Shown here: one piece after another, positions 11,376 to 22,828 of the stretch | How the letters are laid out: each line of letters starts with the position of its first letter | How positions within the stretch are numbered: position 1 is the first letter of the stretch | Assembly: GCA_004431415.1 (NCBI GenBank) | Contig: QPMI01000575.1 | Coordinates: 1 to 64,000 of the forward strand | Reading direction: 5' to 3' | DNA: 64,000 bases | DNA from: Cyanophora paradoxa CCMP329 | Lineage: Eukaryota; Plantae; Glaucophyta | Program-made: the position numbers and the translations under genes | Notes under the pieces: generated by a model | Told to the model about the DNA's origin: nothing | The model's input: the letters and a program-made list of their open reading frames with translations, nothing else | Databases searched by the model: none

Positions 11376-13720
11376 AGTTCATGTTCAATTCACGATGTGC
11401 ACGTGTGCATGCTATTGAAGCATTACACACGTGCACACGCTAGAGCTCCAGACTTTGCTTCCGCAAGTTTACTCCGGTGACTTTGCTCCAGGGGGAGAAG
11501 CCAGGGAGGGGTACCGGTCTCGTCATGCACGATTGTGCGCAGCTCCTTTCGGGTGTCGCCCTGTGGTCGGAGAACTAGCTAGAGCGCGCGATCCAGCTAG
11601 CTAGAGACTTTAGCACCGCCAGCTACCTTGGCGGCGCTCGGTCTGAGCATTCGGTACGCAACCATATGCATTGGCAGACATCGGTCTCAAGAGCACCGAT
11701 GTGGCAGCCGTACTTCGGTTGTAACGTAGCTGAAATCAATGCTTACCGCATTCGAAGCGCCGTGCGCTGCGTCCCAGCTCATAATGGTCGGGCCTGGGTG
11801 AAGTTGGCCGAGGTCGGGCCGCCCAACAACCTCCCCTTAAAAGCTGCAAATCGTCTCTAAACGACCTTTTAGAACACTTGAACCAGTCAAGGCAGCCCGC
11901 GTGCGTCGCTCTCTTGACGAGTTGTGCTCGCATCCACGCCGGACCACAGAAGCTACCGGGCCATCGGCGCTCAATGGATCCCGTGCACTTATGCCTAGCT
12001 AAGCACATTTAGCACGGCAGCAGTGCTTCCCCGCGCGGCTTTCCTAGGTGGGGTAAAGACAGGTGTGGTAAAGTCAGCCCTAACTGAGTGAAGTTGCAAG
12101 TTTACCATGTGGTAAACTTAATTCCTGGCTCCCAGTGTATTGTGAACTGCGGCTGAATTCGAAAATGAAGTTGTCGAATATTCTAATCATATTTTGCAAG
12201 CGGATCCGTCTTTTAGCAATTATATTTTGTGCGAACTGTCCTCTAGGAACTAGAAACGAAATGAAACACCTATGTCCAGACTTCGGTCAATCTAGATCAC
12301 GATCAATAGACTTTGGCCCCGCTGTGCTGCACGTCATCGAGGCGCTTGGCCGGGGCGCCACCGAAGACGACGGCACCCGGCGCCTTGTTGACTTGGAACG
12401 TCTGCTCCGATCGGAGTCAGGCCTAGGCCTCGCGACCGATCAACAACTGCAAATCCAAAAATGCGTGCCTTGTCAACCGAGCGGGCGCCCATGATCTGAT
12501 CGATGACGTTTCCGATCTCAGGGGCCTTTTCGGCGCTGATCCAGTGGTTGCTCTCGGCGCCAGCCCGCTGGAAGCCGATTTTGAATGCGCTGGACTCGTA
12601 GTGACCGCCGCCGCAGCAGATGCAACACGTGTCCTTCTCAGCGTGATCCACCTGCACACCGACGAATTCGATGTCATAACTGATCATGATTGTAATGCAT
12701 ACGCATGCGCACCGAGCGGTAAACAGAAAACCCGGTGAGGTCCTTCACGAAGTGCGTGATGCTCTCTGCGCCACGGAATTAAAGGATTGCATTCGAATTC
12801 GTTAACCGAACACGCGCACCATACTCCTCAGTCCACTGCTTCGCATGATCCGGGTTGATCGGCTCCATGGACTCGGTTGCATTCTTGTTCCCGAGACCAA
12901 ACATCGCAAGTGGTGCCCTGCCGCGGTAACGGTGGCTCTCGTACCTGCCGAAAGTTGAAGGTCTCAACTTTCGCGTGCCACTGTGCAAGACTATAGCGCT
13001 TACTTGATTCGAAGGTCCGTGACGATGAGGCGCGCTTCATCGGGTCTCGGCGCCGGCGGCTTGCACAGCCCGCAGCAGTCCAAACACGTTTCAGCTGGAC
13101 GGTAGGGGATTTGCATCTGCAAATCGAGACATGTAAAGGGTTTGGGTCGAACAACCGAAATTCCAAAGATATACGTAAACGTGCCTCCCACTTCCCATAG
13201 AGCTCCTCATCTTTTATAAGATCCATGTCCCTGAAAACGGCGCCATCATCAAATGGCGCACGCCATCAACAACGTTCGACGCACTTCCATGCGAGTTGAC
13301 GCGTGTTAACCTTGCTCTTGCCCATCTCTTCACAAGTTCAACAATGTGAGAAGCCTCCGAATTCGAAGCTGCACTACCGGCCGCGGCCGGGCGGGAATTT
13401 TCGAAGCTGTTGCTGTATACGTACGCGATATACGGTAGCCTACTAGGATAGTACGGTAGTTGCAACTTGCAATTGCAATTGCCGTCGCCGTGACGTCGAT
13501 TCGGCGAGCCTACCCGGTACTCGGCGAGCCTAGCTATATATATAGGCGGCCGGGCCTGACGCAGTGACTCACAGACTCACGTGTGCACACTGCACAGTGA
13601 TCACTGATCATGAGGGGTCGCACGACGTACTTTACTCATTCAAGAGTCCGACCGTCGGACCAACATTACATGGGTAACATGGCTAGTTGCACCGCGTTTC
13701 CCTGTGGAGTCGGTCGGGGC

Positions 13721-14122
13721 TAGGGTTGCCGTGTCCATGCCACTCCATGGACATGTCAGTCAACCCGGTGGACATGGACATTCGGACACGGACATGCCCG
13801 CCGACATGTCCGCGGACATTGAATATTTAATTAAATTAAATTATATAATATTAAATGCCAAAAGCTTAAGTGAGGCGGCGGGGCAGCTTTGGCGAGGTTC
13901 CCGCTGCCCTCCGCCTCTTTCCAAGCATCAGAGACGTGTTGCTAACTTTAGCAGTGTTCTGCTAACGTGTTTAGAGCACGTTTAGCACGCGTTTCAGCCG
14001 GTTTCGAGGGGTATCCCCCCTAATGTCCACGGACATGTCCACCCGGACCCACGGACATTGACATGACATGTCCGCGGACATGGACATGTCAATGTCCGCG
14101 GACATCGGACACGGCAACCCTA
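13721..14122. mobile_element. hAT-type MITE
   Basis: 16-bp TIR TAGGGTTGCCGTGTCC / GGACACGGCAACCCTA; 8-bp TSD GTCGGGGC on both sides; subterminal GGACATG/CATGTCC repeats. Confidence 0.9.
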
Positions 14123-14304
14123 GTCGGGGCCCCAGCTGCAGCAGACGGTACTACGGACTCTCTAGTACGGAGTCTACGGTACTACGGTATATGGTACGTG
14201 TATATGGTACTTTGATGCGCAGCGCCGCATGCGCAGACTCCGGCTCCGGCACTGACCGGCAGTGCCGGGGCCGCGGCCGCCAACTCGCGATCGGCGCCAA
14301 CTAA

Positions 14305-14785
14305 CGCCGCCAAGTTAACTTAGTACTAAGTTAGTACTACTTAGTAGTAGTAACTAGTAAGTTGCGGCGCCGGCGCCAACTTCGAGTCACTGAGAGTCAA
14401 GTCCCGGTCCGGATCCCTCACTGAGTCAATTCACATGCAATGCAAACCGCGTGACGGTGAGCCGGCCCGGCGGGTCAGGTGATCGACTTCCGGCAGTGCC
14501 GCGGCGCCGGCCCGGGCCGCGGCCGCCAAGTTGCCGAAGTTGCGCCAACTTGCAACTTGGCAACTCGGCGCCAAGTTAACTTAGTACTACGGTACTAAGT
14601 TAGTAGTAGTAAGTTACTAGTAACTTAGTAAGTTGCGGCGCCGGCGCCAACTTCCGAAGTTCGAGTCAAGTCCCGGTCCGGACTCCGGACTCCGGACTCC
14701 GGGATCCCTCACTGAGTCAATTGCAATGCAAACCGCGTGACGGTGAGCCGGCCCGCCGGGCCGGCGGGTCAGGTGATCGACTTCC
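14305..14785. repeat. Diverged direct duplication (~190-220 bp units) rich in micro-palindromes
   Basis: GCCAAGTTAACTTAGTACTA...GGCGGGTCAGGTGATCGACTTCC occurs at ~14308-14491 and ~14570-14785. Confidence 0.75.
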
Positions 14786-14885
14786 GTAACGTAACGGTAA
14801 GTTTCGTGCTGTACCAGCCTGTATATACGTACCGTAACGTACGTATACGTATACTCAGTATATGTATATACCGTCATGATCACTA

Positions 14886-15069
14886 CCGTAAAACACAATA
14901 ATATGACGGTCAAATTTATGTCGTTTTAAAACCCGACCCTTCTCTATGCGAAACATGATGTCCCCGTCGTTATATATGCATATGTCGTTATCTCCCGTCC
15001 GAGGCGAAATAATTTGGGGATGACATAATAAAGCTTTTTAAGTGCGTACCTTCATATTCTGTTTTACGG
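14886..15069. mobile_element. Tc1/mariner-type MITE
   Basis: TIR CCGTAAAACA(C/G)AATA, flanked by TA on both sides; interior related (inverted) to 51648-52025. Confidence 0.65.
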
Positions 15070-16485
15070 TATATTACCGTAGTACCGTGTACGGTGTTAT
15101 CATAGTATATTACTTCCAGACTAAAATAATACCAGTTACCAAGTTACGGTTACCGTATACCGTATACGTAGTTCACGTGCCGAGTCGTGCGAATACACGC
15201 AGAAAGCACATGATATTACAGAATAGCCTAGTAGAGGTAGGCAAGCCTGTATTTGATGAATTTGTTTGGCCCGCGACCGTCGGACATGCGCTAGCCTAGT
15301 AGAAATGAGAAGCTAGTTTACGTCAAGCTTAATTATAAGAGGCCGCCTCTCCCCCCCTCGGCTCGAGCCCTGGCTGGCCGGCTCGACCTAGCTCGCCCCT
15401 GGCTCGAGCCAGCCGCTGAGCCCTCCCCTCCGAGGCTCTCCGAATATTTCCGATGTGACACGTGCACTGTACATGTGACAGCCTACCGCAGCCGAGGTCC
15501 GCAAGTAAGTTAATGAGGCTGTGGCCGGATTCACCAACAAAAAAACGTTTAATGCGACGTCGACATGAAGAAATTAATTACATAATGCGGTTATATATAT
15601 TAATTAGCTCGACCCGGACGGTGGCCGGACCCCGGCCGCGAAATGGCCCTAATTGTGACATTGCAATTGATGCGGCACAAAATTATATAAAAAATGCGTT
15701 TTGAAGCTTTTCGCATAGCGTATACCGTATACCGTATACGTACGTAGGTAGTAGACTACTAGTACTAGTAGTTCGGAAGCTGCAGCTGGGCCCTCGGGGG
15801 GTACAAACAGTAGTTTATGAGCGTTTTGAAAGCAATATTTTAATTAAGTATTATACTATGATACAAAATTAAGCTACTGGGCTATCGATCGCGACGATAT
15901 CTAGATCTGGGCTTGCGAAGACGTGAGTCACGTCACGATATCTCAGAGTCTGGGCTTGCGAAGTCACGTACGCGTGGCGTCGTCAATTGCAAGCGCCGCG
16001 CCGCGGCACGGCGCGGCGCCGCGGCGGGCCGGCGGCCCGGCGGCGTTCTAGCATGGAATGTGGAGACTTGCAATCGAGCTCGATTCCACGAACAGTCACC
16101 AAGGCGATGAACTCAAAATTTTGACGCGGTTGCAAAAAATTGCCTATGTAACCGCGCGTCACTGCGGCGTCAGGACTCAGGAGTCAGGACCCCATGGCCA
16201 GGGGCCCAATTGCAACGACCGAAGCGACCAAGTGCCAAAAAAATGATCATCGGATGTCATGGGCCTCATCATCGGCCCTCATGGCCCCTTCGGTCGTTAA
16301 CAAGTGTCAATTTCAATTTCAATTTGTCCATTCATGCATCGCGTTAATTCGCTACCGATTCATGCATCGCATTTATATATTTTACCGGTCTCGCGACCGA
16401 TACTGGAAGTCGGGTAATATTTAAGACGCCTTCGAATCCCGCCCGGCCCGTTTCAGAATCTCATTCGATCATGCCCTACGTATAC

Positions 16486-16960
16486 TGTGCCGTCACGTCT
16501 CGCACGTCTAGGGGAGAGACGTAGACCCACACCGCGTACAACAGTGTACGGACCTGCGATGCACTCGACTGTAGGCCAGCCCGAGTCCCAGGCAGCCCGT
16601 AGCTATGAGATTGCAAGCCGCAGTGCTAGTATTAATTACAGCTGCTACGTAAGCCCAAGTTACTTAGTTAACGCTGTACCAAGCTCGATTAATTGGTAAT
16701 CACAAGTCTGCCCGAGTCCACTAGACTCTGACTATTTACGGGGCTAAGCCACCGCGTGCCACGTCGGCTCAGGCCCTGGCCACGTCGGCTCGGGCCCTTC
16801 AGCGCCACGTCGGCTCGGGCCCTTGAGCGCCGCCGTGCACGTGTCGGGCCGGGGGCCCCTCCGGGACCGGGTACGCCGCGCCCGGCGGCCGGCACCCCCT
16901 CGAGGCCCGCGGCGGGTACGCCCCCACGTTGATCGCGAACTCGCGATCGCGCCCGCGACA
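16486..16960 (-). repeat. 3' LTR
   Basis: TGTGCCGTCA...CCCGCGACA, apparently identical to 50865-51339. Confidence 0.93.
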
Positions 16961-17430
16961 TTCGCCGCAGCACAAGAAAGCCGTCCTCGGCGTCCATCCC
17001 GCGACGTTCGCCGCAGCAAATCGAAAGTCCCCGAATATTTACATATCCACAATTCAGAAGGGTGAGCTGCCGAACAACGACATCGACCGGCTCCGTCCCT
17101 TCGCAACTCGCAGTTGACGTCGGCCCCGCAGCCGCCGCTGCCCCTCGACGTCTTGCGAGTCTGGCCCCTCCGGCCTGCGGCTGGATCTGTAGACGGCGAG
17201 AAAAGAGGGAGTCCTGTGCTGCAGAACGCGGACGCCGCCGCGACGAGCACTTCCAAAATTTCCGCTCTTGTTCTCAAATCCGCCTGACGAGATTCTCCGC
17301 CCATTTTCGACCCCAGAATAAAATTAGCGGCCGGACGCACAGCTAAATTGACGGTTGCTGTGGGTCCGCCGGCGGTAGGTGCACTTGCACATCGAGTCCG
17401 AAGACCGAGAATGTCCGCCGAGGTTGCTCA

Positions 17431-17713
17431 ACACATAGTAAAATGCGGAGTTTTAACCCTCGGCTTATCTTAATTGATTTTGTTGATATATCTCGTATAT
17501 TCTATTTCAATCAATCGATAATCTGTGTATATCTTATCGAATAGTCATTTATTTCGATTATTTTGTATTCTTTTCGATATTTTATCGTAAATTTCTCTTA
17601 TTTTCCGATTAGTCTTACTGAGTCTATCGATAATCTGTATATATTTCCGAATATTATAACTGAATCTCAATTAGATCTTGCCTCTGGTTAAAACTCCGCA
17701 TTTTACTATGTGT
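17431..17713. repeat. Terminal fold-back: 28-bp perfect IR (17431-17458 / 17686-17713) around an AT-rich, partly self-complementary interior; mirrored at 47620-47902
   Basis: ACACATAGTAAAATGCGGAGTTTTAACC and its reverse complement GGTTAAAACTCCGCATTTTACTATGTGT. Confidence 0.92.
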
Positions 17714-18425
17714 GATTGGTCTGTTTGTTAATTGATTTAATCGATATTATATTCATGTACTTTCTCGATTAAATTTAATTAAATTTAATTCATTTAATCG
17801 GAAATATATCGCTAAACTCGATTAAGATCCATAAATGATTCATTTGTTAAATAAAACAAATCGATCTCTTATTGAATCCAATCGTAATTATACATGAAAC
17901 TTATATGTTTTTATCATGTTTTAATGATTCTAAGGGGGGACCCTTAGGATTTTTGAAATAATTGGGTGTGACACATACCATATTCAGTAAGGACCTCTTA
18001 TATTGTGAAAATCTCAGTGTTAGTTGTGTAGTTGATTCAAAAAATGCATTTTATACTCTGATTCATTGTTATTTCCTGTGAAATTTGAGTCAACTCAACC
18101 CACTTAGTCAACCCTTGTATTGAATTCGTAACAAAATCCATATACTATTACTACTTTTACGATTAATATGAGTCAACCTTGAGTCCACTTTAATAATAGG
18201 GGGAATCTTGGGGAGATGTCATTGTAGAAAGCTATTGTAGTAAAATGATATATTATGTCCTTTTGTTACAATAGCTGATCAATGTTATTGTTAGAAAACA
18301 AAGGAATCCTTTCACTGGGATTTTGTTTTTTACGGTTATAAAATTGTATCTGTGGTGCATTTTGTCGAATTGCTTGTATTAAACTGTTTTGCTCTTCTAT
18401 GTATTCGATCGTACTTTTATGTGAA

Positions 18426-18733
18426 GGTTACATTAATGTTTAAAAAGTTACATGGAGTTACGTGATGGGTTACGTAGATATTTTACGATTACTAAGACCA
18501 TTCTCAGTGTTAAAATGGTTGATTTATCGCTATTTTGTCACTGTGAGTTACGGTTACGCAACTTTTTGAATTCTTTCTGAAAATTTGGCTGGGGGTCTTT
18601 TTATAGGTGAAGGTCTAAAACTTGCGTAACCACGTAACTTGCGTAACCTCTACGACATTATGGTGTCATTTCTCTATACTTTTAGGTTACGTAACGTTTT
18701 TACTTACGTAACTTGTGTAACCTTAACGTAACC
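18426..18733. repeat. GTTAC/GTAAC intergenic cassette R1 (copies 26985-27291, 46603-46909)
   Basis: Conserved core GTTACGGTTACGCAACTTTTT...CTTGCGTAACCNCGTAACTTGCGTAACC...GGTTACGTAACG...GTGTAACCTTAACGTAACC. Confidence 0.9.
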
Positions 18734-18810
18734 TTGTTATTCTTACATTTAATCACTGTTATACTATGATATCATGATAACTAAAAATGATACATGATAA
18801 TTGCTTATCT

Positions 18811-19272
18811 TTAACCACGTAGAGATGTTAGATGATCACAATCGAACATCTTAAAGATCTTGCATATCTCATTTTCAGGATCGGTGACATACCATAGACG
18901 GTGTCGCTTATCAAATAAAGCGCCTTGGTTTTTAATGTATTTACGTAATGATGCCTGGGTAAATATACGTTTAGCTTCTATTTCAGGTAGTTTAGTTTTT
19001 ATGTCACCAACGAAATATAGACGTTTCGGGCGATTATGATAATCAGGATCGATAACGATGGGGTTTATTGTAGGAAAGTGCTTTAAGATTCTGTGAAACT
19101 TGTAGCAAACAAACCAATACCCTGTGTCATCATCGAATTTAACGCCACAATCTTTGATATCTAATAGTGATCTGAAACAAGTATTACGGAGGTTGCTTAT
19201 ATCCAACATGTAAGCGCCGTAGTAATGGTGCGGCTCGTTTGTGGTGTTTCCGAAATAAATGAATTGATCCAT
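18811..19272 (-). CDS. 153-aa protein with two DUF5710-like motifs, copy 1
   Basis: IKDCGVKFDDDTGYWFV and IKNQGALFDKRHRLWYV resemble the K..GA.(W/F)D...K.WY motif; AAAATTGA 26 bp upstream. Confidence 0.65.
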   Translation of the reverse strand: MDQFIYFGNTTNEPHHYYGAYMLDISNLRNTCFRSLLDIKDCGVKFDDDTGYWFVCYKFHRILKHFPTINPIVIDPDYHNRPKRLYFVGDIKTKLPEIEAKRIFTQASLRKYIKNQGALFDKRHRLWYVTDPENEICKIFKMFDCDHLTSLRG

Positions 19273-19353
19273 TTGTAATCAGATGTTAAAAAGATTGTCA
19301 ATTTTTCATAAATCCTTCTCTGTAAAGTTTTGGTTAAACAATTGGAAAACTGC

Positions 19354-19672
19354 GGTTACACAACAGTTACACGGCGGTTACACTTGGTTACGCGGGGTTA
19401 CAGGTGAGGTTACGTAGTGATTTTTCGATAAACCACACCATTTTCAGTGTGGTAATCGATAAAAATAACCATTTAGATCCATTGAGGTTACGGTTACGCA
19501 ACTTTTTGAATTCTTTTTAAAAAAATGGCTGGGGGTCTTTTTATAGGTGAAGGTCTAAAACTTGCGTAACCGCGTAACTTGCGTAACCTCACGAGATTTA
19601 TGGTGTCTTTTTGGTATTTTTAAGGTTACGTAACGTTTTTACTTACGTAACCTGTGTAACCTTAACGTAACC
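19354..19672. repeat. GTTAC/GTAAC cassette R2 (copies 27912-28229, 45667-45983)
   Basis: Same core; GTTAC at 19355, 19366, 19377, 19387, 19397 and 19409. Confidence 0.9.
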
Positions 19673-19809
19673 TTATTATAACATCTTAAAAATGTCATCT
19701 GTTATCAAACGGTAGCGGGTGCGATACATAAGATCATGTCACGAGAAGCGATAGGATCCGCTTGTGAAGCGATGAAAAAATGAAGCAAATCTTAAAACTT
19801 AAACAATAA

Positions 19810-20310
19810 GTGAGATACAGCGGAATGTACAATATGAACGCGTCGGATATCCTGACCTACATTAAGAGTATTACCCATATTCCTGTTCTCATCGATGCTG
19901 ACCTATCTTTAAAGAAGGCAAACCCTAACACTATCTGTATTGTGCCGTATGATACTAAACATCGTGCGTATTTCGAAATGTTTCGTAAAAACTTGGGTTA
20001 TTCACCTAATACCCGTTTCGTCTGCTTTCTCACATTAGAGACTCACTATATTCTTGTTCCGGTTCTTACTGAAACATCGTGTAAATCGTTTATCTCTAAG
20101 ATCATCTCTAAATGGTCTATTAACCTACCTGCGCAATCTAATGAAACTAAGGAGTGCGTCATATGCCTTGATGACTGTAAAACTAAAATACAAATGTCTT
20201 GTTTGACATGTTTCGCCAAAATGTGCAACACATGCTTTTTACAGTTGAAGAGATCAGAGAGCTTTAAATGTCCGATCTGTCGTAATGACATAAAGACGCA
20301 ACGTGATTAA
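19810..20310 (+). CDS. RING-finger protein A, copy 1 (ATG start probably 19825 or 19834)
   Basis: CVIC-x11-CLTC-x4-CNTC-x11-CPICR, an all-Cys RING-like pattern. Confidence 0.8.
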   Translation: MRYSGMYNMNASDILTYIKSITHIPVLIDADLSLKKANPNTICIVPYDTKHRAYFEMFRKNLGYSPNTRFVCFLTLETHYILVPVLTETSCKSFISKIISKWSINLPAQSNETKECVICLDDCKTKIQMSCLTCFAKMCNTCFLQLKRSESFKCPICRNDIKTQRD

Positions 20311-20359
20311 TGTAAAAATTGATGGAAGATAAAAGTTTTTCTGAGTGTGCCGCTCTGAC

Positions 20360-20563
20360 ATGAAAGAGAAAATGAATAATGGACATTGGGTAACTTTGGC
20401 GACATTGCATAATAAGAAGATTGAGCTTATCCATCGGGAGGTTGATCTTAAACACACAAAAAGACAAGACCATGAAAGACTACAAAATGTTAAACAGTAT
20501 ATTGATGCAATCGATGTAATGATAGATGTAGTGAATACGATCGCTAAAATTAAGACCATGTGA
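20360..20563 (+). CDS. Small helical hypothetical protein, copy 1
   Basis: Short ORF with AAAATTGA at 20315-20322 upstream. Confidence 0.45.
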   Translation: MKEKMNNGHWVTLATLHNKKIELIHREVDLKHTKRQDHERLQNVKQYIDAIDVMIDVVNTIAKIKTM

Positions 20564-20593
20564 ATTTCATCGATAGCGCAAGCGCTATTTTTA

Positions 20594-20893
20594 TTACTTC
20601 TGTGTGCGGTTTTCAAGCTTCTGCCTCAATCTGAATGTTATAATGCTACCATCATGTCGTGCCTTCCCCCTTTGAATCGCTTTCGATATTTCCCCGGGTG
20701 TGTTCTCATCGAAATCAATGAATCGGGAAACCTTCTTTATAAACTGTCTCTGTAAATATCCGGGTAGTTGGTTGATATTACACCCGTCGTTTTTCTTAAC
20801 AAGGTTCTCGTAAATAATGCTACTGCGGTCATCCTGTGATAAATCGGGATTTTGAAGCTGTTCTATGAAAGCGTCGGGAATCCGTGAAGTCAT
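20594..20893 (-). CDS. 99-aa hypothetical protein, copy 1
   Basis: ATG-initiated ORF, AAAAATGA 32 bp upstream. Confidence 0.6.
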   Translation of the reverse strand: MTSRIPDAFIEQLQNPDLSQDDRSSIIYENLVKKNDGCNINQLPGYLQRQFIKKVSRFIDFDENTPGEISKAIQRGKARHDGSIITFRLRQKLENRTQK

Positions 20894-20938
20894 TGTAGGT
20901 TACACTGTCTATTTTGGCGGGTTGTCATTTTTTGCATC

Positions 20939-21247
20939 GGTTACATAGAGGTTACAAGAAGTTACAGAGGAGTTACGCAACAGGTTACGTAGATATTTTA
21001 CAACTGCAAGACGACTTTCAGTGTTATAATACAGGAGATTTAGTATTTTTAACACTGGCGGTTACGGTTACGCAACTTTTTAAATTCTTTTTAAAAAATG
21101 GCGGGGGGGTCTCTCTCAGATAAAATAGTGAAAACTTGCGTAACCGCGTAACTTGCGTAACCTCTACGACATTATGGTGTCTTTTCTCTGTTATTTTTGG
21201 TTACGTAACGTTTTTATCTACGTAACTTGTGTAACCTTAACGTAACC
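20939..21247. repeat. GTTAC/GTAAC cassette R3 (copies 29496-29804, 44097-44402)
   Basis: Same core; GTTAC at 20940, 20951, 20961, 20972 and 20984. Confidence 0.9.
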
Positions 21248-21273
21248 TTATTATTTAACATTATTCATCTTTA

Positions 21274-21810
21274 TTATCCATTTGCATATAACTTAGGTTC
21301 TAATGCTTCCATTCCGTCAAAAAATAGTTTAGTTCTACAAACTGAACACTTAGCATTCTCATGTGATTCAAGTGAAGAGAGGAAACAATTAGGACAAATA
21401 AGAGTATTGCAAACGATACAGCCTTTATTATTTATGTTAGTGTCAATGTTTTCAAGACAGATAGGACATGTTTCATTCGGACTCTCAAAGTTTTCCCTCG
21501 CGAATGACTTAATAATGATATCTACGAACCATTTGGTGTTCTCCTCATCAAGATATGGGACTAACATGTAACGGTGTTTATATGAGAATGCAAAACGAAT
21601 AGGTTGAAGGGCATGATATCCCGCCTTTTGCTTCCATGCATCAAATACCCCTTTATTCTTGCGGTTCTTTTGAATAAAGTATATAATCTGTCTTTCGTTG
21701 GCTTTCATTAAGAATTTCGTATAATTCTTATCATTCAGTTTATCTGATGCATTGACTATGGGATATGGCGAAATAGACTGTGAAAACGTCAATATATCGT
21801 TTAAATTCAT
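21274..21810 (-). CDS. RING-finger protein B, copy 1 (paralogue of A)
   Basis: CPIC...CIVC...CPNC...CSVCR; N-terminus MNLNDILTFSQSI resembles MNASDILTYIKSI. Confidence 0.8.
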   Translation of the reverse strand: MNLNDILTFSQSISPYPIVNASDKLNDKNYTKFLMKANERQIIYFIQKNRKNKGVFDAWKQKAGYHALQPIRFAFSYKHRYMLVPYLDEENTKWFVDIIIKSFARENFESPNETCPICLENIDTNINNKGCIVCNTLICPNCFLSSLESHENAKCSVCRTKLFFDGMEALEPKLYANG

Positions 21811-21844
21811 TTGGTTGTGCTACTATCTGTTACAGTTTCTTTAA

Positions 21845-22222
21845 TTAGCTTAGAGTTTTTTCAATGTCGAACACTCTTTTGAGAACGCCATCAATTCTTA
21901 CAGCATGTGATTTAATCCCGAAAATGCGCTTAATCACGATTCCGATGGCTGTTTTTGAAATCGGAAAGTCTATAAGCTCTTCTATTTCAGCATGGATTAC
22001 ATCGGAAGGTGTATAATCACCGTCATTACTTAACCTGTAACTATGCATTAAATACGCTTCCACATCAGACATCCCATGTTGATATTCGCCAATCCCATGT
22101 TGATATTCGCCAATCCCATGTTGATATTTGTCCATCCCATGTTGATATTTGCCCATCTCATGTTGATATTCGCCCATTTCCGTTTCATCCATAACAATTT
22201 CGATGTATTCCACGTCTTCCAT
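21845..22222 (-). CDS. 125-aa protein with 7-aa repeats and winged-helix-like C-terminus, copy 1
   Basis: Five 21-bp repeats ((G/D)(E/K)YQH(G/E)(M/I)); C-terminus resembles the C-terminus of the D5 protein. Confidence 0.6.
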   Translation of the reverse strand: MEDVEYIEIVMDETEMGEYQHEMGKYQHGMDKYQHGIGEYQHGIGEYQHGMSDVEAYLMHSYRLSNDGDYTPSDVIHAEIEELIDFPISKTAIGIVIKRIFGIKSHAVRIDGVLKRVFDIEKTLS

Positions 22223-22373
22223 GTTACACTTAACTGTTACATGTTAAAATTTTGTTACAAGTTTTACGGTTGATGTCCAAAAATTGACACTGTAAAACAC
22301 AGAAAGGTATTTAAGGGTTTGACTTAAAAGAGAAGTGAAAGGGAATAATTTCTTACCTTCCATTAGAGAATCA

Positions 22374-22814
22374 ATGGCGAATACTCGGAAATCAAACCAA
22401 GAGCTTATCGCTATTCAGAAAGGCGACCCGTTTGTAGAGATTGGAAAAAAGAAACCTGAGTTATCAATTGAAGAACAGGAAGAAAAGGCAAGGTTGAGAA
22501 GAGAGAAAGACAGGGAAAGAAAACGTGTAGCTTATCAGAAGAAGAAAGAAGAGAGACTCGCAAATGGCGAAAAAACAATACTGACAGCTGAGGAGCTGGA
22601 AAAGAGAGCCATATATTTACGTCGTCGATATGAAGAGGACGCGGAATATAGAAAAAAGAGAATTGAGAGTGCAAACAATTACCTGAAACAGAAAAGGCGT
22701 GAGAAGAAGACGGAGCCAAAACCCAAAGTGCAAACAGTGCCTAAGAAATCGGGAAGACCTCGAAAGTATCCCGACCCGATCACATCTTTATCGGAAAAAA
22801 GCGTAGCGAATTGA
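22374..22814 (+). CDS. Basic K/E/R-rich protein with AT-hook, copy 1
   Basis: KKSGRPRKY; charged helical region; AAAATTGA at 22280-22287. Confidence 0.65.
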   Translation: MANTRKSNQELIAIQKGDPFVEIGKKKPELSIEEQEEKARLRREKDRERKRVAYQKKKEERLANGEKTILTAEELEKRAIYLRRRYEEDAEYRKKRIESANNYLKQKRREKKTEPKPKVQTVPKKSGRPRKYPDPITSLSEKSVAN

Positions 22815-22828
22815 TTGATGGGAGCGCA

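Noticed and set aside
5295-11480. Numerous repetitive ORFs in the satellite
   Set aside because: The 170-bp period is not a multiple of 3; these ORFs are by-products of the repeat.
12334-13465. Short minus-strand ORFs with a CxCCxxxH segment; possible decayed gene or TE
   Set aside because: No recognisable domain, boundaries or TSD, so no call can be supported.
17423-17430. 8-bp TSD GTTGCTCA for the big element
   Set aside because: The extra GT on the right belongs to the element end (...ATGTGT), as shown by symmetry with the left end and the internal 28-bp copy; 6 bp fits best.
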